This document shows, one piece after another, positions 53,691 through 64,000 of a DNA stretch of 64,000 nucleotides. The stretch lies in the NCBI RefSeq assembly GCF_036321535.1, contig NC_087436.1, forward strand, positions 50,346,001-50,410,000, given 5' to 3'. This stretch comes from Camelus dromedarius. Its lineage: Eukaryota. The notes under the pieces are model-generated. The model saw only the letters and a list, made by a program, of their open reading frames with translations, was not told where the DNA came from and searched no databases. Position numbers and translations under genes: made by a program. The stretch's first letter is position 1, and each line of letters begins with the position of its first letter.

Positions 53691-55714
53691 TATTGCTGCT
53701 GTTGCCGCTGTTACCATTTCTTTAAGGACAGGGTTCGTATCAGCATTATAGTATCTATTCACATGTTCACAAATACTTGATGCTTAAATTATTTTTTCAA
53801 ATTAATATCTAGTACATATACACATTCTCTCAATAGAATAAAATATTTGGAAAGGGAATTAATGTCTATTGATAAAGATTGTCTCAGTGACACAGTCCAT
53901 AAAATATCTAACCCACGCTTTGAAGCATGTGTTCCAAGACAAGGATTCCAAGAAGCTTCCTAATGACCATCTCCAGTCTCACTGAGCACACTTTTAGTTA
54001 ATTTTCTAACATATATCACCCCAACATTTGCTTTTATAAACAGGGTGAAGACTATCACAGTCTAGCACTGGCTAAACGCCTGATTTGTCCCTTATGACAA
54101 AGAATCAAGGAGAGGGTGACTTTTAGAGGAAACAATGCACAGTCAGTGGTGCCCTTTGGCAAACACAACAGAAGTGCTCAGAGACCCACTTGGGGGAAGG
54201 TTTAATCATCTCTTTAGATAACTCATTGAAAGGTGGGAGGTCAATACTGGTAATGGCAAAGGCACACTTCTATTCCTCTTAACTTTGTAAATACTCCGTG
54301 GCATTCTTATATGCCCAGCAAAAGAATACTTGAATATATACTTCTCTGATTTTTCTGTGAAAAGTGTCTCTGGAAATTTTAGCTGGCTTGGAAACTTTTC
54401 TCTGAACAATCAAATCTCCTAAGCTATTTCAAGTTATTATTCCCCTATTTTCAGTTAGGAAACAGTCTACTTTTAAAAAGTCAGTCTTTAAGGAAATGGT
54501 GGGAGAGTGGAGCCTAGAGTCAGGAATAAGCTGTCTAAAGTTTAGCCAAGCTGAGGAGAACATTAAGATTGTCTTGGTCACTAAAGAGTAACAAATGATA
54601 AATTTATAAAATAAAGAGGTTGTGTTATTTTTCTCGTGTTTCCCTCAAATTACCACCCTCTTTTAAAATGTGTTCCACCTAGATAAAGTTTAATTTCTAT
54701 TTTTATCCAAGTTTCTTCTCACTCTAATAGCCCTTACTATTTTATTTTTTTGCAATTCGCCTCGTGTTCTCTAGCTCCCCCAGAATGCTTGGATCTGAAT
54801 TTTCAGCAGTAACAAAACAACGTTCCATCAAAGCCCCAGCTGGAAACCTGAGGCTAGTTAGTTAGTTTCAAGTATGTCCCATCTTCCTCTGTATTCTTGC
54901 CTGTCTAGTGCCCTTGATCTGTAATCCACACTGCACCCCCGTCCATCTAATTTATATTTTCTCCCTCCCAGAGCTATCATTACCTTGCTGATTCTACTTC
55001 TACCTCTTTTTACTGGAACTACATAGAATCCCATTCCATTTCAAAGAAACTTCTCTATAATACACAACATCTTGATGATCCATCCCCTCCATCTTTTGGC
55101 CCTGCTATAACCTGTCTCTCCTCTAATGACATAAAGGCCCTCAAAAGAAGCTGTTAATTCTCCCATACTTTACAGAAAGAAGATATGTTCATCTATCTCC
55201 TGTTTACCCACTGCAATTTCATTCTCATTACATTTGATATTCATCTGAAAATCGCTCCTTATTTGAGCCCCTAAAAATTCAACTATATCCTATGTTTCTC
55301 ATCTTCATCACTATCATCAACTACCCTCCACTTTCTTATGCCACCGTTAGTGAGGACTTTGGTAAAAGACTGCAATCAATTCCTGTCATTATTCTGAAAG
55401 ACAATGTCCACATAGAGAGCCACCTAATAAACTTCACTCCCATTCCCCTCAGACAAAACACTATTCAGGTCCATATTTGGGGCCTTGTCTTCTTCCTAAA
55501 TTCACTTTCTGGTCTGAGATTTGAAAACATAATTCACACACCTATATTTACACCTCTACCGCTGTCTCTTCCCACTAAGCATCCATGAAGCCGCATACCT
55601 TCTTTGCTCAAACACCCTAGGAACCAGCACTTTAAGGACATCTTCACAGCACTATTGTTAATTTCCTGAGACAGTCACACCTCTGCCAGCCTGCTTTGTA
55701 AATCTCCATGCTGG

Positions 55715-55905
55715 AAGTCTGACAGACTGGAGCACAAGTCAAAGCTTCTCTGATTGATAACTGCATATCCTTAGGACATAAATTTTCGGACCTTCAGTTT
55801 CCTCATCTATAAAATAAGGAAAATGTTGAAAATATTACATGAAATATTACATGTAAAGTACTAAGCTCATACCTGAATCAATATATTGTAGCCATTATTA
55901 ACCAT
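55715..55905 (+). mobile_element. MIR SINE
   Basis: ccttcagtttcctcatctataaaataagg...catgtaaagtactaagctcatacctg. Confidence 0.75.
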
Positions 55906-56224
55906 TATCGTCTTCAAAATGCATTTTCTCTGACACTATATGACTGAGGCTAGAGAAAATCATAATGGTTAGTTAGCACTACAGAGTTGTGGTTTAATTA
56001 AATACTCAACATTGTTGGACAACTTTTTTCTTTTACTCATTAACCTTCCTTTATCATTTTTCTTTTTTAACTATCCCAAATTGTACCAATCTTCTCAATT
56101 TTTCTTTCTGCAACCACCTACACTACTTTTGCAGAAAACATTCATAGAGAAAAACCAACAGTGTCACAGTGCAGTTGTGTCAGCTTATTTCCCATTCATC
56201 CCTTAATATATCTATGTTTCCACT

Positions 56225-57385
56225 GACCCAACCATCTATTCATCCTCCATATATTCATTCAAGAAATATTACTAAGCATCTGCTATGCGCCAGATACTGG
56301 GGATTCAGCAGAGAACAATACTGAGAGTTCCCTTACTCCTGTATCTTACACTCTAGCACGGCAGACAGCCATTGAAGGGATTATTATAAGTTCTCCTAGT
56401 GTTACAAAGGAGACAACAACTTTCAGCAGGAACATAAAATATTCCTAATTCAGTATAATAATTTTTAGCTTGTAAAGAAGGGATGAAAGGCATATGAAGC
56501 AGAAAGAATGGCATGTGCAAAACCCTCAGGGAAAGAAGGAACAATCAAGGAACTAAAACTCAACGTCTCTGGATCACAGAGAATGAAGAAGGAGAGGACA
56601 ACAAATGGAGATGAGACTGCTAGTGACTCACCAAAGATCTTCCTCACTTTGTCTCCATAGTTACTGGATATATGAATGCCCAGCTGCACTACATTTCCTG
56701 GCCTCCACAGGAATGAACTGTGTTATCCATTGGTGTTCCACTTCCATGCCTTCCCCATAAAACACCCCATGTGTGCTTCTTCATGCTCTGTATTCCTCTT
56801 TCAGGAGTCATCAATGCAAAGCAACGTCCAGAACAACCTTCAAAGTCAAGTGTTGGAGACTGCTGAGTTCATCAGCCTGGGACCCAGTGTGGAGCAGAAC
56901 ACCTGCTCACCTGGAATATGGATACTGTACTGCTATAAGAGTGAGAAATAAATTCCCACTGTTTGAAACCTGACTTTTGGAGGTCTATTTGTTGCAGTAG
57001 TTTAGTCTACTTTAACTGAAAAAGTGAGAAAGGGATATTTTATGCAAAGCCTTGTTGGTCATAATAAGAACTGGAAGCGGTAGATAGATGTAAAGAAGAG
57101 AGGAAAATTGGTGCTATATCATAAACTTCCAGCTGGAGCAACTGAATAGAAATGGTCATGCAATTTGCCGAGATAGGGAACACTGAAGAGCAATTTAAAC
57201 AGCAAGAACACGAGCTCCATTTTATACGGATTAAGTTTAAGATGGCTGTGAATAATTCAAGTGGAGAAGTTTAGTGGGTACATAGCTATACAGGTATGGA
57301 GCTCAGAAAAGAGACTTCAGCTGGAAATAAAATTTTGAGTATGGTAGATACAGAAGAAAATTGAGGCCCCAGGGATACACAAGAT
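56225..57385 (-). mobile_element. L2 LINE remnant interrupted by an MLT1 LTR
   Basis: tattcattcaagaaatattactaagcatctgctatgcgccagatactgggg..., resuming after 57022 (atgcaaagccttgttggtcataataagaa...ggagctcagaaaagag). Confidence 0.8.
56630..57022 (+). mobile_element. MaLR LTR (MLT1I/J-like)
   Basis: gcccagctgcactacatttcctggcctcc...gtgagaaataaattcccactgtttgaaacc...tttgttgcagtagtttagtctac. Confidence 0.7.
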
Positions 57386-58384
57386 GAGCTCTTACTGTAA
57401 AATGCTCTTTCACTGATGTGGTAAATAGAAGTTTATCTTTTCATTCTCAAACTACTTCTACTAGTGGGTATCTCTGGAGCAACCTAAGTTGTAGTTAAAG
57501 AACCTGTGTTGTTCTAGTGACCCCTCAAAAATAGAAGCTGTGACAAATCAGATCATTGGTACAACTATACAAGTATCTGTTACAATTTTATTAATTAAAT
57601 AATAGTACCCCTGTACTTTAATATATAAATGGCAACACAAATTATCCTTTACTTTGAACTCATAACTGAGCTGCAGGAATCCCATGATTGTACCAAAATA
57701 TTCTCCTCATATATTCAGTTGCTGCCAACAGCAAACTTCTTTCATTGTATCTTTGCAGCTAAGCTTTTAGCACTTCTCATATTTTGCACTGTACTAATGA
57801 GATTGACCTGAAATCTATTATGCCATTCTTTTCCACTTGAGCAACTGCTCTTCAGATGTTGAGTACACTTTGTTGCATGTGTGGGGAAGAAGAGAGAACC
57901 AACTATTTAGTGAGTGCTTATCATATGCTTTATTCCTCAGAGCAAATCTCATGAGCTGAAAGAATTTTGATCCAAAAGCACCTGGCCAGTTTGACTGGGT
58001 ATCCTTCCACTTTTGTTTCCTCACCAGGAGATGGAACAGCAAAACTATTTATGATTTATGCCTCTGGGTTAAACATGTTCCAGTATCTGGAAGCTTTGAT
58101 TTTATCCCACAGTTCAAGTTTCATCAAGGTCAAATTTCACCAACCAGTCAGTGATTCTCTATCACATCCTAAGCACCAAAATAGGACTCAGATGGGAGAG
58201 ACACTAACTTGTGCATACTTTATATAAGTAACAAAATTTGTGAAAACAGAAAGTTGAAACCTTGTTTCAATATACATTAGGAAAGAGAAGAGGTGAGAAA
58301 GAACTGAGTTCAAGGTGCTAGTTAGATCTAAATCAGATTCTTGAACTTTCTGATATTATTAGAATGTGGAAATCTAGAATTAGA

Positions 58385-58570
58385 CTCTTCTCTATTCATC
58401 TTCCTACTTGACATAGCCATATATTTGTCAATTAGGATCATATAATGTGTCCATACCTGAACTTCTTGATTCTAACCTCCAACCTCCAAACTGATTTTCT
58501 CTCGGTCTTCTTCATCTTAGTGACTGTTACCATTATGCAGCTAGTTGCTCAAGTCAAAAACTTACAAGTC
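58385..58570 (+). mobile_element. L2 fragment
   Basis: aatgtgtccatacctgaacttcttgatt...tcttcttcatcttagtga...ctagttgctcaagtcaaaaac. Confidence 0.65.
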
Positions 58571-59175
58571 TACACTGTGCACCAAAATTAACCCCAAATC
58601 TATCTTAGGTCTAAATGTTAAATGCACAACGACAAAACTTCTAGAAGAAAGCACAGGAGAAAATCTACATGACCCAGAGTTTGGTAATAAGTTTTACATA
58701 CACCAAAAACATGATCCATGAAAGAAAAAATTGACATTAGGCTTTATCAAGTTTAAAACTCTACTCTGCAAAGGACTCTGTAAAGAGAATGGGAAGACAA
58801 GTCAAAACCTGGGAGAAAATACTTGCAGAACACATATCTGATAAAGAACTTACATCCAAAATTACAAAAAAAAAAAAAAAAGACTCTTGTATTCAAAATA
58901 TACACACAAAAAAATCTTAAAACTCAATACAAAAACAACTGAATCTAAAAATAGGGAAAAGATCTGAGCAGACAGCTCACCAAAGAAGATATACATACAA
59001 CAAATACATGAAAAGATGCTCACTATCATTTCTAACTGGAAACTGCAAATGAAAACAACGAGATACAACTACACACACATCTATTAAAATGACTATGATC
59101 CCCAAACTGACAATACAATCGCTGGTGAAGATGCAGAGCAAGAGGACTCTCATTCATTGTTGGAGGAAATGCTTA
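58571..59175 (+). mobile_element. L1 (L1MB/MC-like) ORF2 3' fragment
   Basis: aaaacttctagaagaaagcacaggagaaaatctacatgacc...ctgggagaaaatacttgcagaacacatatctgataaag...actctcattcattgttggaggaaatgc. Confidence 0.9.
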
Positions 59176-60899
59176 CATGTTTTAGAAGAAGATTTGAATC
59201 CACTTCTCCTATGCAGACTGTTTTTAAGATGCTTTCTTACATGTTACCATAGCAACTCATATATTGGAAATCAGAATTTAAATTATTTTATACCTTAATA
59301 TCTGAGTTGGAACAAAACTACAAAATAAAACTGAACTCCAGGAGCAGATATCTCAAAATATTTATTTTTCTAAACACTTCTATAAGAAATCATGACCCAT
59401 GCTGAAACAGCCTTTTTGATTTTTCCTATCTATGCTTTTACAGTTCAAAAAATTAAAAAAAAAACGGAATCAAATTTTATTGGGAAATATTTAGTTGTCC
59501 TGCCCTTTCCTTTATACAAGTGAATTTAATATAGTGATTTTTTTTGCTCTGTAAACTGAGCCTGTTGAGAATTTCAGTTTTCCTTATGCATCATCCCCAG
59601 ATATTTTTCTTGTTTTCTTGTTAAAAAAAATTAAAATTAAGCAGTTTCCAAAAAGTAAAATTATTACCTCTATCTTAATACCTTTCTTTTTCTCATAATG
59701 ATCTTGTCCTTGCCTATATGCACTCATATTTTAAATAGTTGGAAAAATAAATGTCATGTTATAAATTCTCTACCTCTATTCATATTCTCTATCAGCCTAT
59801 ATTTGAATATACTTTCCAGTCCAGTACAATGCACCACACCCCAGTACTTTTCTGGTTTTAGGAAAGAATATGAAGACTGTTAAACTCTACACACCCTGGA
59901 GTTTTACTCGTGGCTCTGAGTCTTGAGTGATGACAAAATCTGATGGCTAGGAAAGCAAGGCACTGTCCCCTGACTTGTAAGAAAGAAGGCAAAGTTGTGA
60001 GTAAATTACAGCTTTCCTTTTTATATCATTTCCCTTTGCAGAGGTCCTTCCCTTGTGAATTTACCGTAGTCTTTTAATATCTGTAGTCCTCATGAAAGAA
60101 GTCAGAAATATGCTAAAATCTAGCTAAAGATATTGTGATTTAATGTTTATTTTTAAAGAATTCCACTGCCTCTCACTAGAGACAGCAAGCCTTCAATCCA
60201 GAAAAAGCAACTACACAATAGTGAAATTCTAGGCATCATAGGATCTGGGAGTTTGAGATATTCTGGTGATGTCTCTCTGGCACCTTCCAATTGACTTCCA
60301 AAATATACAAAGCCTGCTGCAAGCACATATCTCCAAAGATACAACAGAGAATTAAGCCTACCATGTAATTATAGAAATATGTAGTTTAGTTAATTCTCTC
60401 TTTTTATCATTAATTGTTCCTAAGTGGACCATAATTGAGACTGCCACTTATCTACACATTTGTTGGCTTGATAATTAATATATGTGGCCCAATATGCACT
60501 CCTATAGATCAAGATTGCTCTCTTCCATTGTTCACCAATAGAAGATTCTATCTTTCTCCTTAAGTTTAGCTAAGTACACTGACAGAAAATGTTTTCCTAC
60601 TCTGCTTTTCATATCCTCTGCTCTGCAATTTAGTACATATTGAAATTGAGTTTTAATAAGAATTGCAAGCTTCCATGTCTGTTCCTAAATTGCATTTTCT
60701 TCTCCCATGTGTGTGAAAGAAGGGTTTTGTTTCACAGTATTGCCCTCATTTGAAGTTATTTACTTTCTGTAGTGGATGCTTTGAGTGGGCTAATCGTACA
60801 TCTCACAAACGAAGAGAAAATATTTCTTGAATCATAACAAAGATATAATTATTAAGTATAACAGACATGACCACTTTAGTATATTGCAACTTTCAAGGT

Positions 60900-61660
60900 C
60901 CCAGGCCTAATAATATCCTCTCCTTACACAGGGGAGAGGCTTGAACTTCCAGAGCTTGGTAGAGAAGCATAAAAATGCATAATTTCTACAGACCAAAACA
61001 GATGCTCTGGAATACAGCCAGGCTTGATCAAGGACACCCTCCCAGGATAATAACCTGCTGTGGATAACCTGCAGAAAGAAGCAGCATGGCACATGCCACC
61101 TCCACAGCTGTTGGACAAAAGCCATGAGAAGCTGGTGGAGGTCAGTGCAGCAGAAACCAGAGGACCACAGTCCAAGCAGGGCAGGTGCAGCTCTCCAGGA
61201 CCCACAAAACGGCCCCACAGAGAGAAGCGCACTTCCATGCAGCTGGCCGGCAGAAGGCCTACAGTCAAATAACGTACCATTTCCTCCTGGGCTGCTCCCC
61301 AGCCTGACGCTGGAGGTGAAAGGTGGAGTGAGGTGAGGAGGGAATGGAAGAACAGGTAGAAAAGGGGGGAAGGACAGATCATACCCCTTTCCCTTGCAGA
61401 CTACAAGGTCTGGCCTGAGCTGATTTGGGGACACAGCAGGGGTTTGAAATGAAGAGATTTAGATAGGACTTGTCTTTTTAATATATAAAAAATGGACGAT
61501 TAGTTAATACCCGAGAACAATTAGCAAAAAAATGTCCCTGCTCTAAAGCCCACTCTCAGCATATACCCCCAAGCACTGTTAATGAGGCTTGACTACAATA
61601 TATGACTAAACAATAAAATCATCACCTTTAAATTTCAATATGCCTTCTGCTTATGTACGT
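60900..61660 (+). mobile_element. Probable ancient LTR (MamGypLTR/LTR78-like)
   Basis: A purine- and GC-rich block, then an AT-rich segment (tttaatatataaaaaatggacgattagttaatacc) and AATAAA near the end. The family assignment is tentative. Confidence 0.35.
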
Positions 61661-62549
61661 TTCTTCATTTTACTTCCCCTTTTGTTTTTATAGATCCTAT
61701 GTGGGTTCTCTCCTGTTTATTTTTCATCTTTCTGCTTTGAACAGGGCCTGCTCCATCTGGCCATCTGTTTGGCTATTTCCACAAAGGTGGAACTGGCCCA
61801 GGAAAGAGTGAGCTGCCTGGAAAGGTTCACAATTATATTTCTGTTTTGTAGTTTTGCAGCCAGGAACGTCCTACTCCCAAATTTCTTTTGTCTTTTTCCT
61901 AGGGGCATGAGTCACTTTGCTTTTCAGAATTTAGGAGGTCAAATTTAGAGAAGCTCCTTAAATCCCACTCTCCTCGTGCTGAATCTAGTGATGCTGTTTA
62001 TCCTCCTTCGGTGGAATTTTACACTAAAGATGATAGCAATGGTGTGCTGGTGACAGGGTCCCTCCCCGTTTACGTCCTCAGCCATGTTGTGGTTTCTGTT
62101 GTGTAGAGCTAAGTCTCTTCAGAAGTATTACCGTATTTCCAGAGCCCTTTTATGCCTCAGATCTTACTGCTCTAAACTAAAAAAAAAAAAAGAAGAAGAA
62201 GAGGAAGAAATCTTTCAGAAGTGCAGCACTTACTTTTAGAGACATCACCACACCCAGGACCTAAGACGTTATGAATCATCTCTTAGCATCTTCTCTCATA
62301 TAGGCCCATATTCACTAATACTAAAAATAAGAGTGCATATTTAATGAATGTTGGTATATTCTATCTATAACATCAGATTTCTTTTCACAGTGCCCAGCTG
62401 ATGGTCAATGGTTTGGAGTTGAGACTATCTTTGTTGTAATCATTAATTCTTTGAATGATAAAAACTAATCCTATGTCATGAAATAGTATTAAGTATTAGT
62501 AGCATTAAGTATTATTTTTCTTTTGTGTGTTGCTCATTTTATTGGGAGA

Positions 62550-64000
62550 CCAAAGAATACCAGCCTCATCTTCTGACACAGCCATATGATCATCTTGCTC
62601 TCTCCATACCTAATATTTCCTAATTACTTGAGCATACATAGCTCAATGACCCAGGCCATTGACCATGCCATGCCTTCCACCTCCAAACCTCTCCTCCTTC
62701 ATGACATTTCAAGAGTTACCTCTTTGTAACAGAGAAAAGAAGCAATCAGACGAGAACTTCCACAAATGTCCACTACCTCATCTATCTACCCACCCTCATC
62801 TGTATTCATTTTTATTCTACTTTCTCTCCAATTACAAAGGCAAACTCTCAGGGATTCTAAGGCCAACTTCTCCACTTGAGCACAGGATCACACCTCCTCT
62901 CGCCTACTCAAAGAATTTGGTTCTGAAGTTATATCCTCTCTCTCATCATCACTTTTTTCCTGTAGTTTATTGGCTTATTATAATCATCATATGTACATGC
63001 TATAATATTTCCCATTTAACAAACATCCCTCCCTAGATTCCATATGTTGTTCTAACTATAATTCTACTGTTGACCCCCTTTATAACAACATTCCTTGAAA
63101 GGGTTGTCCAAACCTGCACACTCCACCTCTCCACTTCCCACACCCTCTCGAACTTGTCCCAATTACACATTCCCCTTCAGAGCCATCCATATTGCCAAAT
63201 CTAATGATCAATCCCTTCTTACTCAACTCTTGGCACTATTTGACATAATTGATCACTTCATCCTACTTGAAACACTGTCTTCACTTGACTTCTAGGTCAT
63301 CACAAACCGCTGATTTGCTCATTACTCTGTTAGCCTCTTTTGCTGCATCTTCTGTTTAGACTAAATTTTGGTCTGAGGACTGGTCTTTAGACTACTTTCT
63401 AGCCATGTTATTCACTCACATGCCATTTGCACAGACATGACTGCCAAATTTTTACCACCAACCCACATGTCCCACCCCACACTCCTTACTTTTTATCCAA
63501 CTCTACACCTCCCCCTAAATTTGTAATAAACACCTCATACTTCACAAGTGCATGTCAGAATTCTTGATCCCATTCACCTGAGGCTGGTGACCATGGATTT
63601 AAAGTGAGATCAGTTAGAATAATATTTTTTGTTTTTCTCCAAGTTTCAGCAGAAGCAGTTCAGGTTTGAAGCAAATTGAGATTTATATTTAACTAGAATG
63701 TGATTTTCCCAAACAATTACAAAGAAACAAAAGAGGGGAAAGGCAGTTGAAGGTGCATGTGTCTATGTGATCCTGACCCACAAAGCCTTTGATCAGCTGA
63801 CCCCTGATTGCCTCTCTGACTTCACTTCCTACCACTTTCTCCCTGGCCACTCCCCTCCAGCCATCCTGGCCTCATTGTACATTCCAATCTCAGAGTCTTT
63901 GGACTTGCTGTGCCTTCTCCTCTGAACCTCTCACCCTAAATATTCATTCCTCTGCTTCATCTACACCTCTACTCAAAAGGCACCTCGCAGAAAAAAAAAA
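62550..64000 (+). mobile_element. L2 LINE remnant(s)
   Basis: catattgccaaatctaatgatcaat...ggcactatttgacataattgatcacttcatcctacttgaaacactgtcttcacttgacttc, and ctccagccatcctggcctc...gtctttggacttgctgtgcc. Confidence 0.8.

Overview
This is AT-rich, CpG-poor mammalian genomic DNA. It is most likely camelid, inferred from a vic-1-like tRNA-derived SINE. The window holds the 3' end of TACR3 (neurokinin B receptor, NK3R) on the + strand: the distal part of the long intron 3 (1-26497), exon 4 (26498-26694), intron 4, and the coding part of exon 5 (28336-28648). A 3' UTR of up to about 3.65 kb follows, then about 32 kb of intergenic DNA with no recognisable gene. The rest is mostly decayed interspersed repeats (L2, MIR, L1, MaLR/ERVL LTRs, one possible hAT) and microsatellites. 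Repeat family names come from my recollection of consensus sequences, not from a database search, and their boundaries are approximate. I see no prokaryotic-type system, RNA gene or novel protein-coding gene. The most notable observations are: (1) a 1.2-kb L1 whose 5' UTR is fused directly to its 3' UTR at what looks like a splice junction, with a possible short 3' transduction; (2) a ~300-bp micro-inversion that split an MLT2 LTR; (3) a proximal TACR3 poly(A) signal sitting in a hairpin loop, and a distal one flanked by two Pumilio-type elements; (4) two unusual residues in the NK3R C-terminal tail.
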